Notes under the pieces: generated by a model
Told to the model about the DNA's origin: nothing
Seen by the model: only the letters and a program-made list of their open reading frames with translations
The model's database searches: none
Shown: in pieces, positions 8,109-17,859 of the stretch
Numbering within the stretch: position 1 is the first letter of the stretch
Layout: the number at the start of each line of letters is the position of its first letter
Source: an uncultured Anaerolineaceae bacterium
GTDB lineage: Bacteria; Chloroflexota; Anaerolineae; Anaerolineales; E44-bin32
Assembly: GCA_964388955.1 (NCBI GenBank)
Contig: CAYMCO010000029.1
Span: 1,197-65,196, forward strand
Reading direction: 5' to 3'
Length of the DNA: 64,000 bases
Made by a program: the position numbers and the translations under genes

Positions 8109-10802
8109 CTATTCCTCCTCCAGCGCCGCGTGCGCCGCCGCCAGCCGAGCGACCGGCACCCGGAAGGGCGAGCAGCTCACGTAGTTGAGGCCGTACTTGT
8201 GGCACAGCGCGATGGAATCCGGATCACCGCCGTGCTCGCCGCAGATCCCCACCTCCAGATCCGGCCGGGTTTCCCGTCCCTCATTGGTGGCGATCTGCAT
8301 CAGACGCCCGACGCCGTCGGCGTCGATCGATTGGAAAGGATTTCCGGGCAGGATACCCTGGTCGATATACTCGATCAAAAACCCGGCTTCCGCGTCGTCC
8401 CGGCTGATGCCGAAGGTGGTCTGGGTCAGGTCGTTCGTGCCGAAGGAGAAGAACTGCGCATACTTGGCGATCTCCTTCGCCGTGAGCGCTGCCCTGGGGA
8501 TCTCAATCATGGTGCCGAACTTATAGTCGATCTCCATCCCCTGTTCTTCCATGACCGCCTTGGCCACCTCTTCCAGCGCGGCTTGCTGCACCTTTAGTTC
8601 GTTCACATGACTCGTCAGCGGGATCATCACCTCCGGATGAACCTCCACACCGTCACGGGACACCTTGCAGGCCGCCTCGAAGATTGCCCGCACCTGCATC
8701 TTGGTGACCGCGGGCATGTGAATGCCCAACCTGACACCCCGCAGCCCGAGCATAGGGTTCGCCTCGCGCATGGATTCCACGGCCGACAGCATCTTCTCTT
8801 GCTCCGCCAGCCGGCTGGGTTTCTCCCCGCTTGCCCGCAGCTCCGTCACCTCCACCAGCAGCTCGTCGTGGCTTGGCAGGAACTCGTGCAGGGGCGGGTC
8901 GATCAAGCGCACAATGACCGGCAAGCCGTCCATCACCCGGAATAGGCCCTCGAAATCATCCCGTTGGAAGGGCAGAAGCTTCTCCAACGCCCCGTCTCGT
9001 TCCCCCTCCTCCTTCGCCAGGATCATTTGCTGCACGAAAGGCAACCTCTCGGTTTCGAAGAACATGTGCTCCGTTCGGCACAGCCCGATGCCCTCCGCGC
9101 CGTAGTCCCTGGCCCGCTGCGCATCACGCGGGTAGTCCGAATTGGCCCACACGCCCAACCGGCGGATGTCGTCCGCCCAGGAGAGCAGCTTGATCAGGAA
9201 TGGATCGTTGATGTCAGGCACCATGGTTTCGAGCTGCCCAAGGTACACTTCTCCTGCTGTCCCGTCGATCGAGATCCAATCGCCCTCCCGGATCGTGCGG
9301 CCGTCCACCGACATGCGTCGATTCTCCAGATCGATCTCCAGCGCCGACACGCCGACCACCGCCGGCTTGCCGAACTGCCGTGCGACCAGCGCCGCATGGC
9401 TGGTCCTGCCGCCGCGGCTGGTCAGAATACCCTTCGCCGCCAGCATGCCGTGGACGTCATCCGGCTTGGTCTCCGGCCGCACCATAATCACTTCCCGCCC
9501 CTTCTCCTTGGCCCATTCGGCGGCAAGATCGGCGTCAAAGGCAACCTGGCCCACCGCGGCCCCGGGCGACACATTGAGACCGGTGGCGATCATCGTCCCA
9601 CTCTCATGCGCCGCCTTGCGCGCCTCGGGCTCGAACTGCGGATGCAGGAAGAAATCCACCTGATCCGGGCTGACTCGCTTTACCGCCTCCCGGCGATTGA
9701 TCAGCCCCTCCTCCGCCAAATCGACGGCGATGCGGACCGCCGCCTGGGCGGTCCGCTTGCTGTCGCGCGTCTGCAGCATCCATAGCCTGCTGCGCTCGAT
9801 GGTGAACTCCACGTCCTGCACCTCGCGGTAGTGGTCCTCGAGCTTCTCCGCGATCCCCCGCAGCTCCTCAAATGCTTGCGGTAGATCAGATTCCAATTTC
9901 TCGATCGGCTTGGTCTGGCGGATCCCGGCGACCACATCCTCCCCCTGCGCGTTGAGCAGGTAGTCGCCCTCGATCTCGTCCTCGCCCGTTGAAATGTTGC
10001 GAGTGGTCGCAACGCCAGTCCCCGAATCATCGCCCATGTTTCCGAACACCATGGTCACGATATTCACCGCCGTCCCCAGATCATGCGGGATGCCGGCCGC
10101 CTCCCGATAATCCACCGCGCGGCGCCCGTTCCACGACCCGAATACCGCCTCCGTGGCCATACGGAGCTGCTCGTAGGGATCCTGGGGGAAGGATCTTCCC
10201 GTGCGTTCCTGGATGATTTCCTGAAACCGGTCGGTGATCTCCTTCCAGTCCTCCGCGCTAAGCTCGGCGTCGGTCTTCACCCCGCGCCGATCCCGATATG
10301 CTGTGATCACCTTTTCGAAAGCCTCGTCCGGCACCCCCATGACCACCGAACCGAACATTTGCACCAGGCGGCGGTATGAGTCGTATACGAAGCGAGGGTC
10401 CTGGGTCAGCTCCACCATCCCCTCCGCCGTCTCGTCGTTCAAACCGATGTTCAGCACGGTGTCCATCATCCCGGGCATGGAGAACTTCGCCCCCGATCGG
10501 CAGGAAACCAGCAGCGGGTCATCCCGATCCCCGAACTTCTTACCCGTTTGCGCCTCGACCTTTTCGAGCGCCTCGAGCGCCTGGTCCCACATCCCCTCCG
10601 GGAACTGTTCGCCCTGCTCCAAGTACGCGTTGCAGGCCTCCGTCGTCATCGTGAATCCCGGGGGCACCGGGAGGCCGATGCGGGTCATATCGGCGAGGTT
10701 GGCGCCCTTGCCGCCGAGCAGCCCGCGCACGCCATCCCATGAACCTGCAGTCTCCTCGGCCGCCTGCACCTCATCAAACATGTAAACCCACTTCTCTGGC
10801 AT
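8109..10802 (-). CDS. ppdK: Pyruvate, phosphate dikinase
   Basis: MPEKWVYMFDE...LLGGKGANLADM...TSRGGRTSHAALVARQFGKPAVVG (phospho-His loop)...CRTEHMFF...SFGTNDLTQ...GICGEHGGDP. ATG at 10802 follows the RBS GGAGGA. Confidence 0.95.
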   Translation of the reverse strand: MPEKWVYMFDEVQAAEETAGSWDGVRGLLGGKGANLADMTRIGLPVPPGFTMTTEACNAYLEQGEQFPEGMWDQALEALEKVEAQTGKKFGDRDDPLLVSCRSGAKFSMPGMMDTVLNIGLNDETAEGMVELTQDPRFVYDSYRRLVQMFGSVVMGVPDEAFEKVITAYRDRRGVKTDAELSAEDWKEITDRFQEIIQERTGRSFPQDPYEQLRMATEAVFGSWNGRRAVDYREAAGIPHDLGTAVNIVTMVFGNMGDDSGTGVATTRNISTGEDEIEGDYLLNAQGEDVVAGIRQTKPIEKLESDLPQAFEELRGIAEKLEDHYREVQDVEFTIERSRLWMLQTRDSKRTAQAAVRIAVDLAEEGLINRREAVKRVSPDQVDFFLHPQFEPEARKAAHESGTMIATGLNVSPGAAVGQVAFDADLAAEWAKEKGREVIMVRPETKPDDVHGMLAAKGILTSRGGRTSHAALVARQFGKPAVVGVSALEIDLENRRMSVDGRTIREGDWISIDGTAGEVYLGQLETMVPDINDPFLIKLLSWADDIRRLGVWANSDYPRDAQRARDYGAEGIGLCRTEHMFFETERLPFVQQMILAKEEGERDGALEKLLPFQRDDFEGLFRVMDGLPVIVRLIDPPLHEFLPSHDELLVEVTELRASGEKPSRLAEQEKMLSAVESMREANPMLGLRGVRLGIHMPAVTKMQVRAIFEAACKVSRDGVEVHPEVMIPLTSHVNELKVQQAALEEVAKAVMEEQGMEIDYKFGTMIEIPRAALTAKEIAKYAQFFSFGTNDLTQTTFGISRDDAEAGFLIEYIDQGILPGNPFQSIDADGVGRLMQIATNEGRETRPDLEVGICGEHGGDPDSIALCHKYGLNYVSCSPFRVPVARLAAAHAALEEE

Positions 10803-11123
10803 CTGCTTATCCTCCAAACTGGATCTGCTAAGCGCCGCTGCTAGCCGCCTCTGCATCGGGGCATTAGTTTCGCGTTGTGATCGTCATGAACAGTGGTCAG
10901 TATACCGCATCCCCCCACGGTTCATCAGCTTCGATGCATACAGGAGGCCCGCTGGGGATGAGAGAAGGGCTGGCCCCTCCCGAATCTGCCATTGCGAGTA
11001 TCTCCACAGCTCAGGCGCCTTTCTTTCTGAGAGAAACTTGCCCGGCAATTCGGGCAGGCACTTCTCGAGTGCCAAGTGCCGCTTCGGTATCGTTTGGGAG
11101 GAATTATCACCTGGCGCGAGGTA

Positions 11124-11171
11124 TATCGAGAGGTGCGCCGGCTGTGGGATTGATAACGCCGCACCTCTCGA
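11124..11171. repeat. Long perfect inverted repeat (13-14 bp arms, 22-nt spacer) in the gene-free region upstream of ppdK
   Basis: ATCGAGAGGTGCG at 11124-11136 pairs with CGCACCTCTCGAT at 11159-11171. There is no flanking T-run on either strand. Confidence 0.7.
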
Positions 11172-11385
11172 TAGGAGCCTCGCTGCCCTTTGGCTCTACT
11201 CGAGATGCGGCTCGTTCGTCATACGTTTGCATTTCCTGTTCGTATGGCCGGGATGCTTCTTGGGAGCCCGGAGAGCGGAGATCTATGGTGCGGCCTACCC
11301 GGTGGTATTGCTCGCCTCTCCTCACCGCCGGTGACACCCGGGGTGGACCTACATAATCGAAAGCGGACCCTGTTCCGGATTCCGG

Positions 11386-11412
11386 CAGCTTGCTGCTGGC
11401 CGCGAGCGAAGC
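11386..11412. repeat. Short dispersed repeat, copy 1 of 2 (CAGCTTGCTGMTGGCCGCGAGCGAAGC)
   Basis: 27 nt with 1 mismatch to 44697-44723, in the same orientation. Both copies are intergenic. Confidence 0.65.
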
Positions 11413-11483
11413 CAGCGATGGGTCACGCAGGATGGGGAATGCGCGCGTCGCTTGCCGCGGAGTTGGCGGAGAGTGGCGAAGGG

Positions 11484-11834
11484 CTACTCCTCTCGCGGCA
11501 CCCCGATCTGAATCTCCCCCCCCGCCACGCGCACCGGATATGCCGGGATGTCCACCGCCGCAGGCAAGCTGAGCACATGCCCCGTCCGGACATCGAAGCG
11601 CGCCCCGTGGCGGGGGCATACGATCTCGTAGCCCTCCAGATCCCCCTCCGCGACCGGCCCATCGTCGTGCGAGCACACATCCCGAATCGCGTAGTAGGTG
11701 CCATTCAGATTGAACAGCGCGATCATCGTGCCGTCGATCTCGATAAAGAGCCGATCTCCCGGCCCCAGCTCGTCCACCGTCGCAACGCCGACATATTCAA
11801 CTTCGTTTTCTTTCAGTTCATGGTAATCGAACAT
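11484..11834 (-). CDS. Rieske [2Fe-2S] ferredoxin-like protein (last gene of the suf operon)
   Basis: MFDYHEL...AIRDVCSHDDGPV...IVCPRHGARFDVRTG carries the CxH...CxxH Rieske ligands. Confidence 0.85.
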   Translation of the reverse strand: MFDYHELKENEVEYVGVATVDELGPGDRLFIEIDGTMIALFNLNGTYYAIRDVCSHDDGPVAEGDLEGYEIVCPRHGARFDVRTGHVLSLPAAVDIPAYPVRVAGGEIQIGVPREE

Positions 11835-11885
11835 ACTTGAAAGCGCCCCCGATGCCCCCTTGTTTCCACGCATCACCTGCCAATC

Positions 11886-12287
11886 CTATACCGACGCCAG
11901 CTCGTCCTCCAGGCCCTCCAGCCCGTATACACCCGCCTTCAGCACCTTAAGCGAGAGCAGGGCACATTTCAGCCGCACAGGCCCCAGCTCGATCCCCAGC
12001 AAGTCCAACACATCCTCCTTGCTCAGCGCTTTCACTTCCTCGAGCCGCTTGCCCACCACCGATTCCATCAGCAGGTCGGCGGAGGCCTGCGAAATGGCGC
12101 ACCCCTGCCCCGAAAATGCCGCCTCGGTGACGATATCCTCATCGTTGACCCGCAGTTCCACCCGGATTTCGTCTCCGCAGAGCGGATTGTCGTCCTCGTA
12201 GGCGTAATCGTGCGGGTCCAGCGAGCCCTTCATGCGCGGATTCTTGTAGCGGTCGATTATCTGTTCACGATAGAGGTCGTCCATCAT
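11886..12287 (-). CDS. sufU: SufU/IscU-type Fe-S cluster scaffold / sulfur acceptor
   Basis: YKNPRMKGSL...NPLCGDEI...GQGCAISQASA...RLKCALL shows the three conserved Cys typical of SufU. Confidence 0.9.
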   Translation of the reverse strand: MMDDLYREQIIDRYKNPRMKGSLDPHDYAYEDDNPLCGDEIRVELRVNDEDIVTEAAFSGQGCAISQASADLLMESVVGKRLEEVKALSKEDVLDLLGIELGPVRLKCALLSLKVLKAGVYGLEGLEDELASV

Positions 12288-12292
12288 TCCGC

Positions 12293-13531
12293 CTAGGCGA
12301 ACACCTCCTTCACCCGATACAGCCCTTCCACCAGGCTGTCAATCTCCTCGGGCGTGTTGTAGAGATAATAGGAGGCGCGAGTGCTGGCCGGGATATCGTA
12401 CTTCTCATGGAGCGGCATGGCGCAGTGATGCCCCGCACGCACCGCGATCCCGAAGCGATCGAGGATCTGCGCCACGTCGTGTGGATGCAGGCCCGGCATG
12501 GTGAATGCCGTCACACCGCTGCGATCCCCGCCCTGGGGGCCGAGCACCTCGAGCCCCGGCACCTCCCCCAGCCGCTCCAGCGCGTATTCAACTAGGTAGC
12601 GCTCGTGCGCCGCCACCGCCGGCATGCCGATACCCTGCAGGAAGTCAATCGCCGCCCCAAAACCCACCGCCTCTGCGATCGCCGGCGTCCCGGCCTCGAA
12701 CTTTTCCGGTGGCGCATTTGGCGTGAAGCCCGTAAGACGCACCCGGCGGATCATCTCCCCGCCACCCAGGAATGGCGGCATCGATTCCAACAACGCCATC
12801 CGTCCGTACAACCCGCCGATCCCCGTCGGGCCGCACATCTTGTGCGCCGAGAAGGCATAGAAATCCACCCCAAGCTGCGCCACATTCACCGGCACATGCG
12901 GCGCGCCCTGCGCGCCGTCCACCAACACGGTCGCCCCGGCTTGGTGCGCCAGGTCGATCATGCGTTTGATCGGGTTGATCGTACCCAGCACGTTCGAAAT
13001 ATGGGTGAAGGCCACAAGCTTGGGCCCCCGCTCAAGACGGCGAGAGTAGTCGCCCATATCGATGCGGCCATATTCGGTCACATTGGTGAACAGCAGCTCC
13101 AGCCCAATTTCAGCGGCCAGCATCTGCCAGGGGACGATATTGGAGTGGTGCTCCATCTCCGTCAGCAGCACCCGGTCGCCCGCCCCCAGGTTGGCGCGTC
13201 CCCAACTATTGGCGACCAGGTTGATCGCTTCCGTGGTGTTGCGTGTGAAGATCAACTCCTCCGGCCGAGCCGCTCCCACGAAATCCGCAACTTTGCGCCG
13301 CGCCCCCTCATAGGCCGCCGTGGCCTCCTCCGCCAATTGGTAAATCCCGCGGTGAACGTTGGCGTTCCGCAGACAATAGTAATCTGCGATGGCATCGATC
13401 ACCACTTTGGGTTTCTGGGAAGTGGCCGCCGAATCCAGATAGATCAGCGGCTGCCCGGGACGCACCTCCCGGGCCAACTCCGGGAATTGACCCCGGATCT
13501 TGGCCGTGTCGAAGAGCGCGGGCACGGTCAT
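12293..13531 (-). CDS. sufS: Cysteine desulfurase, SufS subfamily
   Basis: 412 aa. IYLDSAATSQKP, NANVHRG, FSAHKMCGPTGIG (PLP Lys) and RAGHHCAMP (active-site Cys) are present. Confidence 0.95.
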   Translation of the reverse strand: MTVPALFDTAKIRGQFPELAREVRPGQPLIYLDSAATSQKPKVVIDAIADYYCLRNANVHRGIYQLAEEATAAYEGARRKVADFVGAARPEELIFTRNTTEAINLVANSWGRANLGAGDRVLLTEMEHHSNIVPWQMLAAEIGLELLFTNVTEYGRIDMGDYSRRLERGPKLVAFTHISNVLGTINPIKRMIDLAHQAGATVLVDGAQGAPHVPVNVAQLGVDFYAFSAHKMCGPTGIGGLYGRMALLESMPPFLGGGEMIRRVRLTGFTPNAPPEKFEAGTPAIAEAVGFGAAIDFLQGIGMPAVAAHERYLVEYALERLGEVPGLEVLGPQGGDRSGVTAFTMPGLHPHDVAQILDRFGIAVRAGHHCAMPLHEKYDIPASTRASYYLYNTPEEIDSLVEGLYRVKEVFA

Positions 13532-13546
13532 GAAATCACCTCCAGC

Positions 13547-13843
13547 TCAGGACCTCTTCCTGCGGGCTCTGCGTGCCTTGCGGGCGCTGATCTTGCGCAC
13601 GTTTTCGCTCTTCTGCTCCAGCCATAGGATGTGATCGGGGACCATCCAGCCGTCCGTCAAATATACATCCTCGAGAAACTGGACGGCTACCATCTTCTCA
13701 TCCGCCTGGACCACGGTTCCCGGCAGCCAATCCCGGATCCGGTGTCCTTCGTCGTCGTCGTGGTCGCAGAGGACCTCCACCTGGTCCCCCACCTCATAGA
13801 TCTTCTGCTTCATATTGTCGGTTGGCTTTATCGCTATGTTCAT
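13547..13843 (-). CDS. Small hypothetical protein inside the suf operon (SH3/Tudor-like core with a basic tail)
   Basis: 98-aa ORF. The start is possibly MKQKIYEVGD at 13813. The C-terminal tail is RKISARKARRARRKRS. I recognise no family. Confidence 0.5.
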   Translation of the reverse strand: MNIAIKPTDNMKQKIYEVGDQVEVLCDHDDDEGHRIRDWLPGTVVQADEKMVAVQFLEDVYLTDGWMVPDHILWLEQKSENVRKISARKARRARRKRS

Positions 13844-13999
13844 CTCGTTGCTCTATCCTTATCCGTCTTTTCCACTCTCTGGCTGCGTCCGGGGCGCCAT
13901 TCCCTCCGTCAACCATCCTGCAGGTGGCTGCCGGCGCGGTCGCGCCATGCCGCCCGTTGCGAATGCTGACCAGGCGATTCATCGATCGCCGCCGGACCT

Positions 14000-15349
14000 C
14001 TAGCCGAGCTTCTCGTCGATCGTTCCCATCAGGCGAATCTGCACGTCCTCGAAAGGAATGCGGTCCATGATGGGGGCAAAGAAGCCGTCAATCATCAATC
14101 GCTCCGCCTGCTTGCGCGGCAGGCCGCGGGTCATCAAATAGAAGACCGGCTCTTCTTCCAACCGCCCCACTGTTGCGCCGTGCGAGCAGCGCACATCGTC
14201 GGCCAATATCTCCAGCCCCGGGATCGAATCCGCTCGGGCGTTCTTGCTCAGCACCAGGTTGCGGTTTGCTTGATATCCATCGGTCTTCTGCGCACCTGGG
14301 GCAACATAGATCATCCCCTGCCAGACGGAGCGGCTTTCATCCACCAACGCGCCCTTGAAAAGCAGGTCGCTCGTCGTGTCGGCCGCCAGGTGATTCTGCT
14401 GGGTATCGTGGTCCAGATGCTGCTTCCCGCCGGCCATATAGAATCCGGACATACGGGTGTGCGAACCCTGACCTTCGAGGTCGATGTTCATGAAGCTCTT
14501 GGTGAGCTGACTGCCCACGCTGCCGAAGATCCAATCCAATCCGGCATCCTTCCCTATTCTCGCGCGTTCGTGCGTAAAGTTCCAAACGTGCTCGCCCCAG
14601 GTCTGTAGCTCCACGAAGTTCAGCTTTGCGCCTTCGCCCACCTGCACTTCCACGATTCCCGCATGAACGGATTCCCCGCTCGGTTCAGTGGGCGATGAGA
14701 ATTCCACCGCCATCGTCGCCGACGCGTCCGCTTCGATGACGACCAGGATGTGGCTGAAATAGGCCAGGCCGCTTCCGGGCGCCCAGACCACGGCGTGCAG
14801 CGGGTCCTCCAACCGTACACCTCGCGGGACGTACAAGAAGGCCCCGCTGTCCGCCATCGCCGCGGCTAACGCGGCGAACTTGCCGCTGTCCGCAGGGACG
14901 GTGGCACCCAAATGACGCTCCAGCAGGTCCCCGTGCTCCTGAATGGCCGTGGCCAGATCGCAGAAGATCACACCCTGTTCCTTGAACCGCTCCCGGCCGC
15001 CGAATTGCGTCTCCCTGCCTGGGCGCACCTGCATGAGAGCTGCCTGCTCCTCGCCGCCCATGGCCTGCTTGATGTCCGCATCCAAGGGAATATCCTCCAC
15101 CGGCCCCAAGCTGACCTTCCGAGAGGGCAGCGGGCGGATATCGGTGCGCCGCCACGGCTCATCCTTCAGGGTCGGCATGGGCGTTTCTTGATAGATTCGC
15201 CAGGCTTCGGAGCGGTAGCGCTCCATCCAGGCCGGCTCCTGCAGACTCCTGGAAATGGCATGCACATCTGCCGCCGAGAAGGGGAACTCCTCGGCGGCCT
15301 GTTGAACCCGGCTCTTGCTCGAGCCGCGACGGACAATACGTTTACTCAT
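14000..15349 (-). CDS. sufD: Fe-S cluster assembly protein SufD
   Basis: 449 aa with a beta-helix repeat region. It sits directly after sufB, and the C-terminus RGLPRKQAERLMIDGF is typical of SufD. Confidence 0.9.
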   Translation of the reverse strand: MSKRIVRRGSSKSRVQQAAEEFPFSAADVHAISRSLQEPAWMERYRSEAWRIYQETPMPTLKDEPWRRTDIRPLPSRKVSLGPVEDIPLDADIKQAMGGEEQAALMQVRPGRETQFGGRERFKEQGVIFCDLATAIQEHGDLLERHLGATVPADSGKFAALAAAMADSGAFLYVPRGVRLEDPLHAVVWAPGSGLAYFSHILVVIEADASATMAVEFSSPTEPSGESVHAGIVEVQVGEGAKLNFVELQTWGEHVWNFTHERARIGKDAGLDWIFGSVGSQLTKSFMNIDLEGQGSHTRMSGFYMAGGKQHLDHDTQQNHLAADTTSDLLFKGALVDESRSVWQGMIYVAPGAQKTDGYQANRNLVLSKNARADSIPGLEILADDVRCSHGATVGRLEEEPVFYLMTRGLPRKQAERLMIDGFFAPIMDRIPFEDVQIRLMGTIDEKLG

Positions 15350-15508
15350 ATCTCGGGCTCATCCTCTTTGCTCGTCTCTTCTCAAATCGGCCGCCTTGCC
15401 TCGCTCCGATATGGCTGGCAACACCTCAGTAGCCCACATCAGGCAGTCATCCGATCCAGATCGCATTCGCGGGAGTTCGCAAGCCCAGTGCAGACAACGG
15501 GCTCGGGG

Positions 15509-16921
15509 TTAGCCGATGGAGCCTTCCATCTGCAGCTGCACCAAGCGGTTCATCTCAACCGCATATTCCATTGGCAGCTCCTTCACCAGCGGTTCAATGA
15601 AGCCCGAAACCACCATCGTCGTGGACTCTTCTTCACTCAACCCCCGGCTCATCAAATAGAAGAGTTGCTCCTCTCCCACTTTGCTTACCGAGGCCTCATG
15701 GCCAATTGTGACGTCATCCTCGTCGATCTCAATATAGGGGTATGTGTCGGAGCGGGACTTGGGATCCAGCAGCAGCGCGTCGCACACCACGTTGGATTTC
15801 GAACCCACCGCGCCCTTATGCACCTTCAACAGTCCGCGATAGGAGGCCCGGCCGCCCGCCTTGCTGATCGACTTTGAGGTCACTTTGCTCGTTGTATACG
15901 GCGCGACGTGGATCGCCTTTCCGCCCGCGTCCTGGTGCTGGCCCTCACCGGCGAACGCCATGGAGAGAATCTCTCCGTGCGCGCCCTTCCCTACCAGGTA
16001 GATCGATGGATACTTCATGGTCAACTTGCTTCCCAGATTGGCGTCCACCCACTCGTGCTGTGCCTCTTCATGAACGATGGCGCGCTGCGTCACCAGGTTG
16101 TATACGTTTGTTGACCAGTTTTGGATCGTCGTGTAGCGCGAACGCGCCCCGCGCTTGACCACGATTTCGATCACTCCGCTGTGGAAGGAATCCGTGCTGT
16201 AGATCGGCGCCGTGCAGCCTTCGACGTAGTGGACCTGAGCGCCCTCGTCCACGATGATGAGGGTTCTTTCGAACTGGCCCATGTTGGCAATGTTCAGCCG
16301 GAAATAGGCCTGCAGCGGCAGATCCACCTTCACGCCCGGCGGAACATAGATGAACGATCCGCCGGACCACACCGCGCTGTTCAAGGCCGCGAACTTGTTG
16401 TCGGTATATGGGATGACTGTGCCGAAGTACTCTCGGAACAGATCGGGGTGCCTTCGCAGCCCCTCCTCGATACTCAGGAAGATCACACCCTGCTCAGCCA
16501 GGTGCTCCTGCACCTTGTGGTAGACCATCTCGGATTCGTACTGCGCCCCCACACCCGCCAGGAATTTGCGCTCCGCCTCCGGGATTCCCAACCTCTCGAA
16601 GGTCTGCTTGATCTGGTCGGGGACGTCATCCCACGACTGGCCCTCTTGATCGGCCGGCCTCACGTAGTAGTAGATGTCATCCAGATTCAGTTTGCTCAGA
16701 TCCCCGCCCCAGGTGGGTATCGGCCGCGCCATGAAGTGCTCCAACGCCTTCAGGCGGAAGTCCAACATCCATTTCGGCTCTTCCTTCATGGCGGATATCT
16801 GTTCTACCACCCCGCGGTCCAACCCCTTGCGAGTCTTGAAAACCGAGACGTCGGGATCAGAGAACCCATACTTGTATTGTCCGATGCCCTTCAGTGCTTC
16901 TACATCCTGCCTGGTCGCCAT
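15509..16921 (-). CDS. sufB: Fe-S cluster assembly protein SufB
   Basis: 470 aa. [29 protein letters not shown] and LFYLMSRGL are present. Confidence 0.95.
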   Translation of the reverse strand: MATRQDVEALKGIGQYKYGFSDPDVSVFKTRKGLDRGVVEQISAMKEEPKWMLDFRLKALEHFMARPIPTWGGDLSKLNLDDIYYYVRPADQEGQSWDDVPDQIKQTFERLGIPEAERKFLAGVGAQYESEMVYHKVQEHLAEQGVIFLSIEEGLRRHPDLFREYFGTVIPYTDNKFAALNSAVWSGGSFIYVPPGVKVDLPLQAYFRLNIANMGQFERTLIIVDEGAQVHYVEGCTAPIYSTDSFHSGVIEIVVKRGARSRYTTIQNWSTNVYNLVTQRAIVHEEAQHEWVDANLGSKLTMKYPSIYLVGKGAHGEILSMAFAGEGQHQDAGGKAIHVAPYTTSKVTSKSISKAGGRASYRGLLKVHKGAVGSKSNVVCDALLLDPKSRSDTYPYIEIDEDDVTIGHEASVSKVGEEQLFYLMSRGLSEEESTTMVVSGFIEPLVKELPMEYAVEMNRLVQLQMEGSIG

Positions 16922-16925
16922 ATAC

Positions 16926-17711
16926 CTACCCCTCAGATACTAGGTCTGGTTCGTTTCGCTCACGCACCCAGTCGTACCCTTTCGCCTCCAGATGCTCTGC
17001 CAGTTCTGCGCCGCCGGATTCCACGATGCGGCCATCCAGCATCACATGCACGAAATTCGGTTTGATGTAATTCAATATCCTCTGATAGTGGGTGATGATC
17101 AACACCCCCAGATCAGGCCCGGCCAAGGCATTCACCCCCGAGGCCACGATGCGCAGCGCGTCGATATCCAGGCCCGAATCGGTCTCATCCAGAATCGCGA
17201 TCTCCGGCTCCAGGCTGGCTAGCTGCAGGATCTCCGCCCGCTTCTTCTCCCCTCCAGAGAAGCCGTCATTCAGATATCGGCCCGCGAACTCGTGCGGCAT
17301 TTTCAGCAGGTCCATCTTTTCCTTCAACATCTTGCGGAATTGCGGCACCGGGATTCCCTTGTCCTCCGGATCCGCCGCATGCCGCTTTGCGTTGATCGCC
17401 GTGCGCAGGAAGTTGGCCACCGACACGCCGGGGATCGATACCGGGTACTGGAATGCCAGGAACAGGCCCATCCGCGCCCGTTCATCCGGCCTCAAATCCA
17501 GGATGTTCTGCCCTTTGAACACGGCCTCTCCACTGATCACCTCGTAGTTGGGATGGCCCATCAACACATTTGCCAGGGTCGATTTTCCGGTCCCGTTGGG
17601 CCCCATCAAGGCATGGATCTCTCCGGGCCGCACCGTCAGGTAGACCCCCTTCAGGATTTCCTTGCCATCGATGCCTGCATGCAGGTCCTTGATCTCCAGC
17701 GTCTCTGCCAT
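16926..17711 (-). CDS. sufC: Fe-S cluster assembly ATPase SufC
   Basis: Walker [13 protein letters not shown] signature FSGGEKKR and Walker [11 protein letters not shown] are present. Confidence 0.95.
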   Translation of the reverse strand: MAETLEIKDLHAGIDGKEILKGVYLTVRPGEIHALMGPNGTGKSTLANVLMGHPNYEVISGEAVFKGQNILDLRPDERARMGLFLAFQYPVSIPGVSVANFLRTAINAKRHAADPEDKGIPVPQFRKMLKEKMDLLKMPHEFAGRYLNDGFSGGEKKRAEILQLASLEPEIAILDETDSGLDIDALRIVASGVNALAGPDLGVLIITHYQRILNYIKPNFVHVMLDGRIVESGGAELAEHLEAKGYDWVRERNEPDLVSEG

Positions 17712-17770
17712 TCACTTCCTCCATATTAATCGACGCTTCGCCACCCATGAGGCCGGCGAACTCACGCGGC

Positions 17771-17799
17771 ATTATAGCACGCACCGCCAGGGCAGTCAA
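17771..17799 (-). promoter_or_regulatory. sufCBD operon promoter (sigma-70-like)
   Basis: The minus strand reads TTGACT, a 17-nt spacer, then TATAAT. The -35 is the reverse complement of 17794-17799 and the -10 is the reverse complement of 17771-17776. Confidence 0.6.
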
Positions 17800-17828
17800 T
17801 ATTTATCATAAATATTTTAAATATTGAC
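17795..17828. promoter_or_regulatory. Nested perfect palindromes, candidate SufR operator overlapping both -35 boxes
   Basis: GTCAATATTTA at 17795-17805 pairs with TAAATATTGAC at 17818-17828 (11/11). The inner palindrome is AATATTTAT-C-ATAAATATT at 17798-17816. Confidence 0.55.
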
Positions 17829-17853
17829 AATTTTCGCCCGTACGTGCTATACT
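17824..17853 (+). promoter_or_regulatory. sufR promoter (sigma-70-like) predicting a leaderless mRNA
   Basis: TTGACA at 17824-17829, an 18-nt spacer, then TATACT at 17848-17853. The ATG at 17860 lies 6 nt after the -10, and there is no SD. Confidence 0.6.
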
Positions 17854-17859
17854 GCCCTC

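Noticed and set aside
10803-11483. tmRNA, RNase P RNA or group II intron in the structured spacer
   Set aside because: The RNase P P4 motif GAGGAAAGUCC is absent. No tRNA-like acceptor/T-arm end or tag ORF is present for tmRNA. No domain V-like hairpin or GUGYG 5' end is present.
11107-11840. Track ORFs 11107..11676 (minus strand, 189 aa) and 11190..11840 (plus strand, 216 aa)
   Set aside because: They overlap each other and the Rieske gene, their translations are Gly/Arg/Pro-rich, and they have no RBS or family signal.
15350-15508. Small ORF or riboswitch in the sufB-sufD spacer
   Set aside because: There is no ORF with a start and RBS, and I could not recognise any known riboswitch core. 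It is mentioned only as an unexplained spacer.
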